Assembly: GCA_030141605.1 (NCBI GenBank)
Contig: JAQGDQ010000183.1
Span: 238,241 to 302,240, forward strand
Origin: Tubiluchus corallicola
Lineage: Eukaryota; Animalia; Priapulida
DNA: 64,000 nucleotides
Reading direction: 5' to 3'
Shown here: positions 45,301 to 60,300 of the stretch, one piece after another
Layout of the letters: every line of letters starts with the position of its first letter
Numbering within the stretch: the first letter of the stretch is position 1
Notes under the pieces: model-generated
What the model saw: the letters and a program-made list of their open reading frames with translations, nothing else
What the model was told of the DNA's origin: nothing
The model's database searches: none
Translations under genes and position numbers: made by a program

Positions 45301-48300
45301 GTACACCTATGAACTAGAGGTGAACATTCTCTACCAGAAGGCGAATTCGAATCGAACCGAATTTGTGACTTTCGAATTCAAATCGAACCGAACTTCAGTG
45401 TTTCGAATTCGTTAGATTTTGTTCTGCAATAAAACGACTAGTAATTTCTTTAAAATTGTGTGCAGAAATCACAGCTAAATTATGCTAATTGCATGATGTT
45501 TCAATCGTTTTAATGATAAAGAACATGTGTGACTGAGTGCTGAATTATTCGAATCTATAGTTTTGGATTCGAATCGAGTTCGAACTAAAAAAACTCGTTC
45601 GAATCGAATTCGAGCGTTCGATGCTCACCCCTACTATGAACAACATACCTTTCAACAAACTTACAGTTCAGGTACAGAAACGCTTAGAATTAAACAAGGC
45701 TACCGTTTACTTACATCAGCGAATACGGCGTTAATGTAATCGTGTCCAGCGTTGTACAACGGACTTATGAAAAGTCGATCTTTATTGGCTGAAATCAAAA
45801 CGATTCATTCTAAACAAACCTCAGATTAAAACTGATCACCGTACCGACAACCCGCTAACCAATAGCAAAATAAAGTGAAAATTCTCATTGTTTCTTTAGC
45901 AATACTTTCCATTTTAAAGTTAAGTGTTTGTCACTAATGTTTTTCTTTTACTAATAGGTACCATTACGACCTTTGTTACTTTATTAGTAAAAGGTATAAA
46001 TCAATTTAAATGAAATTATTCATTCATCGCAGCCTATATCAAAATCGTAATTACATATTATGTTTTCCTTATGTTTCCTTGCTATTATTACATCATTTAC
46101 TTTATTTCAAAATTATTTCAATATTTATATCAAAATCGTAATTACATATTATGTTTTCCTTATGTTTCCTTGCGATTATTACATCATTTACTTTATTACA
46201 TCAATTTCATTAAGTCATCTACAAAAGCTCGCATAACTTAAATAATTTTTTCATTTTCATTTAAGTAAAGTGAGTGTGTTAATGACCGTATGGTCGTACG
46301 CTCACCTCGCACTACTCAAATCATTTTATTTATTGTTTATTTATGTGTACAATATTGTATTTTGATGTATGAAAATAAAATTCATAGTTCATAGTTAGTC
46401 TGTCGTTTTTTAGACTACGAAAGCTGAGTAAGGATCAAGGTTTCTTAACTACATTTGACATGTAAAAGTAGCAAAAACTACATGGTCCCGTCTACACACA
46501 AATACAATATAAAGCTACACGTACTAAATGTGCATTTAGTAATTTTACAACTGAAGACTGGTACACACCTCTTTCATAGAGTGGCGTAGAAATAACGAGT
46601 AATAGTACAGAATAATTTACTGCGCCAAAGTATTGCTTGAACAATAGCAAATCTAACATGCCCAATATTTACTACGAAAGTCCCGTACAGTCTTGAGGGG
46701 TGTCATCAGAGCAGCGAATCCAAAATTCTGGGAGTAATTCTTTCGACTGAACTGCATAGCCTGGAAAATCATCGGATCTCAACTTGCCTAACACACTGGT
46801 GCTAACGGGAAGAACAGAGTGGCCGCTAAGTCGACAAAGAAGCAAGCCATTGGTCAGTATTCGACGGAAAAGCTTGCGAGACATCTGCAAAACGTGTTGG
46901 ACGATCTTGTGTTCTTTGAGTCATCGATCCAATCATAACCCTCAGGACTGCAGGCTGAGCAAAACGTACGAGGCTTTCACACCAAATTTTGAGGACATGA
47001 TAGATGGAATCACCCATTGTTTCCGCAATACTGTCATGTAATAAAACGTTGTACACTGTTAGTCGTTTTTGTACCCGCCTAGTAAAAGGTTAGTATCACC
47101 CTGTATAATGTGTAACATGTTCAGCTGAGAACAGAAACGCTTCACAAAAAAATTTTGTATGTTTGTTTGTTTAAAATTACAATTACAAATTACTACATTA
47201 AAGTTACTTAAGTTTTTTTCGTTTTTACACAATATTAAAACAATGGCTAAAAATTTTTGAAGGAGCGCCCCCTCTAATTTTAGCTACGAGCCGCTACTGT
47301 ACAGCTTCCAAATGCCAACAACAACTTCTTCATCATCACACTCACCTGCCACGACTTCCTGACACCTGTTCTTGTCGCTATGGATCTTCGCGTCCGCGCA
47401 ATCGGTTGGGGACAGCGGCAGAGTCGTCTTCTCTAACCACTACGAGTGGCAAAACAAAACAAAAATTGTACCTGATGATGTATGCTAATGGTAAAAGGTA
47501 AATGCTCCATCAGATAAATCAATACCTTAAAGTATGCACATATTAAAGGGAGACAGATGATTTTTCACATACTATCCCATTTTCAAGTACGGTAAAAAGT
47601 ACATTTTAACACAATTAATGCTGCAAAAGTGATAATTAAAAAATAGATTAACATTATTCTTCATAATATTCAACATCAAAAATATTCCACGAATGCGTTG
47701 CACGTTTGCCAAGTCTGTTGAGGCAAGTTTTAAGATAAAAGTTCAAAGTACAAATCTACCGTTGTGCTCACGCATGAGCTGTCAAACGTGTGTAGTTCAC
47801 CACAAACTAACACACCTCTGAATTGAGAGGTACAGCCCATTTTTTGCACGACGTTTTCCGAAATGCAGGCGCCACTGCCCGTCTAACTAGCGAATGATGA
47901 AATGCATGTGACAGGGAACAACTAGTTGCACGAAAGCAAAATTGTGTTAGTGTGGTAACAATTCTTTCACGCATGTCATTTTTCAAATAGTACGTTTCCT
48001 TTCATTATTTTAAAGAGTAGGTTGTTTTGAAATACAGTTTAAGATTGGGTCCGGTTTCTCTTTTTGTGGGATGACGTGTACGCTTTCACGCTGGTAAGAC
48101 ACACCTTGGCTGATTTAGTGTTCATCTTAACAGCTTATTTTTAATAATGAGTAAGCAGCACTCAATGGTGCAGCACTTTAGACAGTCATTGTCATGACAC
48201 TTAAAACAGTCATGGGTGTAACACTTAAAGACAGTCATAGGATTAGCATTTGAGACAGCCATGGTGTAGCACTTAAGACAGTCCAGCTGCAGGACTTAAG

Positions 48301-51300
48301 ACAGTCATAGCTGTAGCACTTAAGACAGTCATAGCTGCAGCACTTTAGACAGTCATAGGTGTAGCACTTAAGACAGTCATAGGTGGAGCACTTTAGACAG
48401 ACATAGTCGTGACACTTAAGACAGTCATAGCTGTAGCACTTAAGACAGTCATAGCTGCAGCACTTTAGACAGTCATAGCTGTAGCACTTAAGACAGTCAT
48501 AGCTGCAGCACTTTAGACAGTCATAGCTGTAGCACTTAAGACAGTCATAGCTGCAGCACTTTAGACAGTCATAGCTGTAGCACTTAAGACAGTCATAGCT
48601 GCAGCACTTTAGACAGTCATAGGTGTCGCACTTAAGACAGTCATAGCTGCAGCACTTAAGACAGTCATAGCTGCAGGACTTAAAACAGTCGTAGTTGTAG
48701 TTCTTACTTCATACTGTTTCTGCAAACCAGTTCTAGCCGTCTGCTTGTTCTTCTTGCACAGCTTCCCGAACACAAAACCGAAATCCGACACGTTGACAGA
48801 GGAATTTTCAAACACCAATCCCTCCAGCAAGGCTTCGTAGATGAACACGTACTGATCCTGAAAAGTGCACATAATCATTCAAGCATTTAACAAGCAAACA
48901 TTATCTACAAGAGTTTACCAGCCAAGAAAGCATCTTCTTTAGAAATGATTACGGGGAAAATATATTTTGATTGCCAGTGGCGGCTCGTGTATAGGTACTG
49001 TGGAACAGCAGCACCCCCTATTTTCAGTCAATATTAACAATAATATTCAATATAGTAAGTCTTTTCTCTTTAGTTCTTTCTTTATACTTTTACGGAACCA
49101 GAGCACGTGAGGGTAGTACTGTGTGCTTCACAGCCCAGCACAGTGTGCTCACAGCAATGCGGTGTTTGGTTGTTATGTGCATGCGGCCATGCACACACGT
49201 TGGAGCTCAGGTAGAGAAAGTACTGTCGCTCACACAGTTTGTTGTCAGTTGTCATGTACTCACAGTGATGGATCGAGCTTGAACTGCGACAAATAAGGCT
49301 ATTCCTAAGCTAAACATCTTTTTGTTTAAGATTTTATGAAGTTTATGTATAAACTTTCGTATGTTTGTTTGTTTAAACTCACAGTTATATATTACAACAT
49401 TAAAATTACACATGTTTGTTTTGTTTTACACAGTATCTAATCAAAGATTAAAAATTTGCAGTATCCCAGCAATTTTAGCTACGAGCCACCACTGCTAATT
49501 TCCACGTTTAACATTTTGAAACCAAAAAGCAGTGGGTTTCCTGTTGTAGTCAAAATCTGATCCCGTATCTGATGTTTGGTGATAATAGCTTTATCACTTT
49601 TGATTATTTTCACAAGTTTTTGCTCCTGGCCCTTGACCTTTTGACCTCAAAATGAATAAGTTTCTAGCCCACACCTATCAATGTGCGAATGATTCCTCCG
49701 TTTTGATATTATGTGGACAGACATACAGACAGACGGACAAACATGACTAAATGCTCTCACCTATGCTAAAACTACCATCGATATGGCCAACGGCAATAAT
49801 TAACAAAGGTCATCAATAATATTGACCGGACGGTTTAGTGGTAATGTGTCTGCTTTCCATCTGGGAGGTCGTGAGTTCGAACCAGCGGCCGGGTCATACC
49901 AAAGACTTTAAAAATGGTACCTGCCGTTGCCCTGCCTGACACGCGACATTTAGGGTAAAAGTGGATAATAGTCTCTGTTATGTAGTTGTAGGTTGTTATT
50001 TACAGTCGGCGGTAATAGCTCTTTGAGCTAATGTTAATTGTTGACCCAAAAGCCGACTTTAAATAAAGATTATTATTATTATTATTATCATCATCATCAT
50101 CATCATCATCATCACCATCACCATCACCATCATCATCATCAATCATCATCATCATCATTATTAGTTATGCAAAATATATTAGTTAAATAAAACAATAAAA
50201 AAATCCATTCTTTATTCTAAAAATGAACAAAGCAACAATTTATAGTATTTTTAACAAACAATTATTGGAAACTGATGAACTGGGCTCGTGCTTACTGCAT
50301 TTTGAACCATGTTCGCTCGTGCGTGCCTCAAGTTTTCCACACACGTCTTTACGTCCACTGAACCTTCATCAACACCTTGTTGTAGCAACGTGTCTATAGA
50401 TATGTACGTCCCCGTGCGACCGATGCCAGCACTGTAACACAATCCAAAAGTTTCTTAATAAACCCAGAAGTATGCAGAGATGAGAATGACAAATTGCAAA
50501 AAACTCTGAAACAGGCCGGGGGTTTGGGGGACGCATACGCCCCCCCCCCCCATGGGTGTTCAAGGGGGGCGGAGCCAGCAACAAATTGCAATTTTGTGAT
50601 CATAGAGAGCCTCTAAGTGGACTTAAAATATCAATTACCTTGTTTCATGCATAATTTAAAATACCCAACTATCAAGGATACATGATACCTAATTTTCTCA
50701 AAACGCCTAAGTACTGGCCGCTCCTATGCAAAAGTATATAAAAACTGTCTGCAATTGACTCAGATAACTCCGTACAATTGATTCTATATTTTTATACAAA
50801 ACGAAATCTACCTGCAATGAATCAAAATGATGTTATCCGGAATGTTACTGTCGGCATTATTCACATGATCACGAAATGCCAGTAGACTCCACGGATAGGT
50901 CGGGACGTCGTGGTCGGGCCAACTTGTAAAATTGAAATGATTCAGTTTACGAAACTTTCCCGTTTCTATCTGCGCTCCGAAAGAAAAAAACAAAATCGAA
51001 TCAAATTTTTCCATCAAATTATTATTTTTCTGGTATCTTGCTCACTTCTCGCATTGTAATCATTAAACTGTTTAATGTTGTTCAAAAGCGTATGATAAAC
51101 AATGGAATGACTCATGAATTGTAACACGTAACCCACAGATTTAAATGCCGTGCATGATAGACAGATACTGATAGCCTGTAGAATGAACAATGCTTCAAAG
51201 CCGTGTCACTCAAGGGATGTTTCTGCCACACATTCGAATGCAGCTTTTGTATTTACGACATGACAGCCATTGTTTACTATGCAGCAGACCATAGAATTTG

Positions 51301-54300
51301 TATTACAACATAGGGTCCATTGTTTGTCCTACAACAGACCATGGAATTTGCATTAGAACATGGTGCCCATTGTTTCTCATATACCACACCATGAAATTTG
51401 TATTAGAACATGGTGCCCATTGTTTGCCATACAACAGACCATGAAATTTGTATTAGAACATGATGTCCATTGTTTGCCATGCAACAGACCATAGAATTTG
51501 CATTAGAACATGGTGCCCATTGTTTACCATACAACAGACAATGAAATTTGTATTAGAACATGGTGGGCATTGTTTGCCATACAACAGACCATGGAATTTG
51601 CAATAGAACATGGTGCCCATTGTTTGTCATACAACAGACCATGGAATTTGCAATAGAACATGGTGGGCATTGTTTGCCATACAACAGACCATAGAATTTG
51701 AGTTAGAACATGGTGCCCATTGTTTGCCATACAACAGACCATAGAATTTGAATTAGAACATGGCGCCCATTGTTTGCCATACAACAGACCATAGAATTTG
51801 AGTTAAAACATGGTGCCCATTGTTTACCACACAACAGACCATGAAATTTGTATTAGAACATGGTGGGCATTGTTTGCCATACAACAGACCATGGAATTTG
51901 CAATAGAACATGGTGCACATTGTTTGCCATACAACAGACCATGGAATTTGCATTAGAACATGGTGCCCATTGTTTGCCATACAACAGACCATAGAATTTG
52001 CATTAGAACATGGTGCCCATTGTTTACCATACAAAAGACCATAGAATTTGCATTAGAACATGGTGCCCATTGTTTCCCATACAACAGGCTACAGAATTTG
52101 CATTCGAACATGGTGCCCATTGTTTCTCATACAACAGACCATAGAATTTGTATTAGAACATGGTGCCCATTGTTTCTCATACAACAGACCATAGAATTTG
52201 TATTAGAACATGGGCCATTGTTTCAACAGACCATAATTTGTATTAGAACTGGTGGGCTTGTTTATACAACAGACCATGGAATTTGCTGAAATGGTGCACA
52301 TTGTTTGCCATACAACAGACCATGGAATTTGCATTAGAACATGGTGCCCATTGTTTGCCATACAACAGACCATGGAATTTGCATTAGAACATGGTGCCCA
52401 TTGTTTACCATACAACAGACCATGGAATTTGCATTAGAACATGGTGCCCATTGTTTCCCATACAACAGACCATAGAATTTGCATTAGAACATGGTGCCCA
52501 TTGTTTCTCATACAACAGACCATAGAATTTGTATTAGAACACGGTGCCCATTGTTTCTCATACAACAGACCATAGAATTTGTATTAGAACATAGTGCCCA
52601 TTGTTTGTCATACAACAGAAAATCGATTAGTATTAGAACATGGCACCATTATTGCTTCACAATTTGTGCGACATTGGCCATCTCTCTCTGTGCCCCATGA
52701 CAACTCTCTCTGGGAAACATGGCATTTATATCTATGCTTGAAACTTAAAACATTGAACATGTGAAGCGAAACTTAGACGCATAAGATATGGCAAGCAGCA
52801 ACAGCCAAGAGGGTTATTTAAACTCCAATAACACCTGTCAAACAACTGTCTTAACTTATAAAACAATCATTAATGCTCTCTACTCTGGGATCGCCGAAAG
52901 GTGCTGGTTATTGGAAGACCATTAGTGTTTTTAAATTTTACAAAAAAGCAAGACACCAGAATTTGGTAAACCGTAACTATTCGGGCACAACGCTGACACA
53001 AAGCACGGGCAACTAGTCAAAGATTACGAATGTTTGTTCCAAATCTTTCTGACTGAATTTGTGGCTCAATCTGCTTACTGTTTCGTAGAAAACAAATTTT
53101 GACCAATGAAAAAGCACAAACCTCAGTTATGATAAATGATCGGGTAGTGAAACAAGGCATGACGGTCGTGTTTTGCAGTTCAATTCTCAACCCGCTGTAT
53201 GTCACGGATCCCTCGTTTGGCCAGTACTGGTCACACTTCTCCTGAAACGATCATACGAAACATGGTATAGAAACTACGCATACAAAACATGGTGTAGAAA
53301 CTACGCATACAAAACATGGTGTAGAAACTACGCATACAAAACATGGTGTAGAAACTACGCATACAAAACATGGTGTAGAAACTACGCATACAAAACATGG
53401 TATAGAAACTACGCATACAAAACATGGTGTAGAAACTACGCATACAAAACATGGTGTAGAAACTACGCATACAAAACATGGTGTAGAAACTACGCATACA
53501 AAACATGGTATAGAAACTACGCATACAAAACATGGTGTAGAAAATACGCATACAAAACATGGTGTAGAAACTACGCATACAAAACATGGTGTAGAAACTA
53601 CGCATACAAAACATGGTATAGAAACTACGCATACAAAACATGGTGTAGAAAATACGCATACAAAACATGGTGTAGAAACTACGCATACAAAACATGGTAT
53701 AGAAACTACGCATACAAAACATGGTGTAGAAAATACGCATACAAAACATGGTGTAGAAACTACGCATACAAAACATGGTATAGAAACTACGCATACAAAA
53801 CATGGTATAGAAACTACGCATACAAAACATGGTGTAGAAAATACGCATTCAAAAATCGATACAAGTCATCAAAGCTAACGTTTTCATTATCTTTGTAACT
53901 GAAAAAAATTTATGCACGTGAGGCCTATTTCAAAGCGAGTGACGTAAATTAGTGCGCCATACAGCATACATATTTCAGCAAGAAACACAGCAAAACAGAT
54001 TGACAGGAAGTGGTGCTGACAGCTCACCGACACAGCACTATCTAAAACTCGCTCGACCAGCTCCCCTGTGTTATTTGAAATCAGATTTGTAATACTAAAA
54101 TAATGCAAATATATTGTAAATTATTTTATATTGTAACATAATTATGGTTAGCATAAGTGCCATTTTCTTTTATAAAAAATGTATTTTATGACTGTACCTT
54201 ATTTATTTATTATTTAATTATTTATTATTTATTTATTTATTTATTTATTTATTATTTATTAATTATTTATAAATAAAAAATAAATAAATAAAATTATGTC

Positions 54301-57300
54301 TGTCTAATGCTAATAATTATGTTGGGGGGGGGGGCAAGCCAGCCCAACTCAGTGCCGGTCCCAAGCCCGGATAAATAGGGAGGCTTAGGCTCAGGAAGGG
54401 CATCCGCCTGTAAGAACTACGCCAAAGCCTTCTATGAATGAGTCGGTGAGACTTAAAGGGAAAGTCCACAAAGAAGTGGTCAGACCCGCTCTAAACTATG
54501 GGCTGGAAGCAGCTTCTCTAAAGAAGACCGAAGAGAAGAAAATGGATGTGGTGGAGATGAGGATGTTGAGACGGATGGTGGGAATAACAAGAAGAGATAA
54601 AATTAGAAATAATAATATCAGAGGAACAGGAAAAGTAGTAGAAGCCTCGCAAGATTGCGATGGTATGGACACATAGACATAGACATAGACATAGAACATT
54701 TATTTTCTCCATTTGTTTGACATGACAAGTTTTTTTAAATATTACTTAATTATAGTAGTGGAGCAGGGCAGGGAAGGACCATAGGGTCATCTAGTCTCCT
54801 GCCCTGTCTAATAATTAAATTAGTATATTAAAAGTAAATGGTGAGACTGCGGATAACAAAATCAAATAGGAAAAAAAATAATAATAAACAGTATAAATGA
54901 AAACAAAGTATAAATGAAAACAGTATAAGTGAAAACAAAAAATAATAAAGTTAGATGACACCAAAATCTAAACAAAACAATACAATTAATACAAGTAATT
55001 ATGATTATTATATATATTTTCAAATAGGGGCCTTATTGACAGGGGATTTTGACTGTATGGAGAGATAAAATAAGTATCAAAAAAAAGTGTAATATAGAAA
55101 ATTTAAGAGAAAAAGTAAGTATAAGAAAGAGCAACAATTACTTAGGAGATGAGAAGAAAAAAACACACTTGATAGCTTGCTTATTAGTCTTACAAGTTAT
55201 GTATTACAGGTATATTCATTTAGTAAGAATTTTGTGTATTTTTTGGAAGCAGAAAATAAGCTACCGCCAAAGGTATCTTTTGGCAACGAGTTCCATAATT
55301 TAACTCCTCGTGATTTTAAGCTATTGAAACCATGTCGGGTAAAAAATCTCTCCACAAAATACTGTTCATTAGAAGCAGCTCTTGTGGAGTAGGAATGTAT
55401 ATCAGAAACATTAGTGAAATATTCACTAAAAAGTTCGGGTAATAAACCAGCATTGAATTTATACATAAATTTGAACAACTCAAGATTGTAAATATCTCTT
55501 ACTTTTAAAATTTTTAATTTTACGAACGATGGTGTAGCATGATCATATTTGCGAGCAAAAGTTATTAATTTTACTATTTTGTTTTGTTGTGTCTGTATTA
55601 ATTTTTGAGTTGATGCAAAAGCTGTACCCCATGTTAAGATGGAATATTGTAAATAAGGGAAAACTAACGAATTATATAGAAGTTTCAGAATATATTGGTC
55701 AACGTAGTGCCTTACTTTTAAAATTATTCCAGTAATTCGACTTAATTTGTATGTTATGTGTTTTATATGTGGTTCCCATGTTAATTTATTATCAATGAGT
55801 AGGCCCAAGTATTTGATGTTGTCTGTTTCTTCAATTTTGTGTTTGTTTATTATAATATGAAATTTTGGATTATTAGCATTGTTAATTTGCTTATTGTTGA
55901 TTATCATAAATTTGGTTTTTTTGTAGTTAATTGATAGCTGGTTTGCCCTCATCCACAGGTCTATTTTTTTCATTTCGTCATTAACAGATTTTTGCAGATT
56001 ATTTATATTGGAGTCAGACATGAACAAATTAGTGTCATCGGCAAATATTCGGGTTCGAAAGTTGCTGCATGTGGGAAGATCGTTAATATAAATTAAGAAT
56101 AGAAGAGGTCCTAAATTAGAGCCTTGTGGCACTCCACACGATATGTGTTTATAGTCTGATGATACATTGTTAATAGATATGAATTGTTTTCTGTTAGTTA
56201 GATATGACTGAATTAGTTGCAAAGGTAGACCTCTGATGCCATAATGGTTTAATTTGGCTATTAGTATACTATGCTGTACGGTATCAAAAGCTTTTGATAA
56301 GTCTAAAAATATTCCGCAATTCAGTAATTTTTTGTCAGTGTCTAGAGAGATCGTGTCTATTAATTCGGATACAGCAAAGACATCGGACACCTGAAAAGAA
56401 GAGTCGGTGAAGATCATGTGGGAAGGGAAGACATAAATGAAGAGATGGTCAACAACAGGAATGCGTGGAGAAGACTCATTCACAACGGCGACCCCGAATA
56501 GGGAAAAGCTGGGAAGAAGAAGATGTCTATCTAATGCTTACACAAGACACCAGCATTCAACATTTGACAGCAAAAAATATGACAAACATGGCTGAGACAA
56601 GTATTGTGGAAAACACATTTGTGATGAACTTTGTAAAGTTTGAAATAAAATATTAAATCAAATAAAAAAAATGTAATTAGACGTCATTGGCATAGTTTAT
56701 TATATCGTTAATTGTTATTTGTGTTATTGTTGTGATTTATTGTATTATTTGTATTAATTTGTGATATGAACTTTGTAAAGTTTGAAATAAAATATTAAAT
56801 CAAATCAAGGTTTCACAAATAAATATTCACTAACTTTATAATTTTCCACCAGCTTCGTGAGCATTACGACCTTGCTCACATTCTCTTGCCATATCATCCT
56901 CCAGAAGTCTCCGACGCGACCTTTTGGACCTTGAGCAGCAATGTACGCCTTCGTCTTCTTGTAACCCTGGTAGAAAACAATGCTATTGATCAACGTATTG
57001 CAGTGACAATCAGTAGAAAACAATGCTATTGATCAATGTGTTGCAGCAACAATCAGTAGAAAACAATGCTGTTGATCAACGTGTTCCAGCAACAATCAGT
57101 AGAAAACAATGCTGTTGATCAACGTGTTGCAGCAACAATTAGTAGAAAACAATGCTACTGATCAACGTGTTGCAGCACAATCAGTAGAAAACAATGCTAT
57201 TGATCAACGTGTTGCAGCAACAATCAGTAGAAAACAATGCTATTGATCAACGTGTTCCAGCAACAATCAGTAGAAAACAATGCTATTGATCAACGTGTTG

Positions 57301-60300
57301 CAGCAACAATCAGTAGAAAACAATGCTGTTGATCAACGTGTTCCAGCAACAATCAGTAGAAAACAATGCTATTGATCAACGTGTTGCAGCAACAATCGGT
57401 AGAAAACAATGCTATTGATCAACGTGTTGCAGCAACAATCAGTAGAAAACAATGCTATTGATCAACGTGTTCCAGCAACAATCAGTAGAATACAATGCTA
57501 TTGATCAACATGTTCCAGCAACAATCAGTAGAAAACAATGCTGTTGATCAACGTGTTCCAGCAACAATCAGTAGAAAACAATGCTGTTGATCAACGTGTT
57601 CCAGCAACAATCAGTAGAAAACAATGCTATTGATCAACGTGTTCCAGCAACAATCAGTAGAAAACAATGCTATTTATCAACATATTGCAGCAATAATCAG
57701 TAGAAAACAATGCTATTGATCAACGTGTTGCAGCAACAATTAGTAGAAAACAATGCTACTGATCAACGTGTTGCAGCAACAATCAGTAGAAAACAATGCT
57801 ATTGATCAACGTGTTGCAGCAACAATTAGTAGAAAACAATGCTATTGATCAACGTGTTACAGCGACAATCAGTAGAAAACAATGCTATTGATCTATGTGT
57901 TGCAGCAACAATCACTAGAAAACAATGCTATTGATCAACGTGTTGCAGCAACAATCGGTAGAAAACAATGCTATTGATCAACGTGTTGCAGCAACAATCG
58001 GTAGAAAACAATGCTATTGTTCAACGTGTTGCAGCAACAATTAGTAGAAAACAATGCTATTGATCAACGTGTTGCAGCAACAATCAGTAGAAAACAATGC
58101 TATTTATCAATGTGTTGCAGCAACAATCAGTAGAAAACAATGCTATTGATCAACGTGTTGCAGCAACAATCAGTAGAAAACAATGCTATTGATCAACGTA
58201 TTGCAGCAACAATCAAACTGGAAAAACGTTAAGTATTAGTCTTTTTTCTAGGAAATATGTAGTAATTAAGTCAGCCACAATGATCTCCAACAAGGCGTAA
58301 TTTGAAAACTTTTGTTAATTGTTTTGTTAATGTCAGTCATTAATAAATAACAGTCATTGAAACTCTAGAGGAATTTTACGCCCTGTCACCCTGGGGGAAT
58401 TGCCCACTGTTGCCCCCCCCTCACCTTGCTACGCCAGTGTATATGGTAAACATTGCATTACTCCTGCATTCTCAGTAAATGTGTAATAGGCATGTGCAGG
58501 GATGAGAATGACAAATTGCAAAAAACTCTGAAACAGACGAGGGGTTTTGGGGCCACCTAGGCCCCCAGTGGGGTTGAGGTGCAAAGCCCCCTTGGAGCCA
58601 GCAACAAATTGCAATTTTGTGACCATAGAGAGCCTCTAAGTGGACTTAAAATATCAATTACCTTGTTTCATGTATAATTTAAAATATCCAACTATCAAGG
58701 ATACATGATACCTAATTGTCTCAAAAACGTCTAAGTACTGGCCGCTCCTATGCAAAAGTATATAAAAACTGTCTGCAATTGACTCAAATAACTCCGCATA
58801 ATTGATTCTATATTTTTATACATAGAGATCTACACGTGTTTACACTGATGTACGTGATGTAAACAAAGTGACGGCCTGCCAACTAGCGGTCAGCTTGTGA
58901 AATAATGTACTGGGTCCGTAAAAACTGTCTCAATGAATTTACGCGATTTACAAAAATGGGACAAATGGTCTTCCAAAAACTCAGAATTCCGAGTATCTGC
59001 GGAAAATTCTCATCCCTGCATTTGAGGAATAACTGCATCAGCAATGCTCACAAAACTCACACCCCTAGCAACATTCTCATGTTTTACTAAAATGAGTCAC
59101 TAATTTGCCAGAAACTTGACAATTTGGTCGTAAATTTTTTCATTATAGGCCTACAAAGGGAAGTGAAAAAAAACTTACGTCCACAAATGAGGCATTGATG
59201 TAATCGGAGGGATATTCGTCATTCATTTCCAATTTCACTCGATTATTGTCATCTGGAAGTAAATTAAATTTCTGAATTTGTTCATCCATGTGCATATGCA
59301 TGTACGCGTGATAGCTCTCTTAATGTTTGCAACGCGCCAGACATGTAATCCATTGTGCTCCATACTGGTTGTCATTACGGAGCAGGTGCTGAGGTGGAAA
59401 ACGGCACCTGCCCACCGGCTCACTGAATCGACAAGACCTGAATTCAATGCCACTATAGAATGGCTTCACATGGACTAGACCACCACAAAGTAGAGGGGAT
59501 GTCCTAACACTAATTAACATTGCATGCAAAATACCCCCCCCGCCCCACATTCAGAAGGACTTACAAGGAAAAATGTTTCCAAATCTGTTCTTTTTTCTAT
59601 TTTCCGGTGACTGAGCCACGTCGCATGGATAGAGCAGCCCTGTCGGAATATTCTGGAAATAAAACATTTTAATAAATACATTCTTAGAACTATTATTGTT
59701 AGCCTACGGCCATATCACGTTGAAAACACCGGTTCTCGTCCAATCACCGAAGTTAAGCAACGTTGAGCCTGGTTAGTACTTGGATAGGTGACCGCCTAGG
59801 AATACCAGGTGCTGTAGGCTTGCGGCATGCCCACACTGTATCTCGACACTAGGCGGCGGAGCTGCACAAGCAGCCAACAGCTAGTGGGCGGAGGAGGTCA
59901 AGTGACCCAACGGCCATGTGTAGAGGAGTAAACCTTCCAAATCAGGAGTGGAGCCCCGAAGGCGGACCAGTGCAGCATGCTCACTGACTCCGGCAGCTCC
60001 TGCAGCCAACCTGGTGCCAAACGTATCGCTCCGCTTTCCTTTGGACTACACCAGGGAGGAAGAGAGGGGGTTCCTGTTGTCTGGGCAACTCAGGATCTCC
60101 ATACACCTTGCCCAGGCATGCGCCCTGGAGACGTTCAAGGATCGCACTGCTCAGCCACAGTCGACGCTGCAGCTCCATCAATGTGATCAATAACTGACTC
60201 TCTTGGCGCAGACTCCATTGTCTTCCGAGACAGAAGGATGCCAACGAACTATTACTGTTTGTACAAAATCACTTGTGCAGTAATACATACATAATTTACA

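Larger units (their letters stand above)
54312..56522 (+). mobile_element. Bipartite non-autonomous RTE element split by a nested LINE
   Basis: RTE-type 5'UTR motif cccaagcccggataaa...aggaagggcatccg fused to the ORF C-terminus (VVRPALNYG...EMRMLR...RLRWYGH), which resumes at 56385 (GHLKRR...[11 protein letters not shown]). (GAA)n tail; 16-bp TSD atgtct(g/a)tctaatgct. Confidence 0.85.

Noticed and set aside
53173-53898. 241-aa and 205-aa repeat proteins (TWCRNYAYK)n and (CMRSFYTMF)n
   Set aside because: Translations of the intronic 27-bp minisatellite.
56385-56483. N-terminus and ATG of the 428-aa RT ORF
   Set aside because: Lies outside the LINE TSD and is the antisense strand of the RTE remnant; the fusion is fortuitous.
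59702-59821. Functional 5S rRNA genes (also 60838-60959)
   Set aside because: No oligo-T terminator, stem-disrupting substitutions, a shared downstream body and flanking TSDs indicate SINE heads.
59940-60130. HDV-like ribozyme in the SINE body
   Set aside because: A nested double pseudoknot could not be built by eye; left as a test only.
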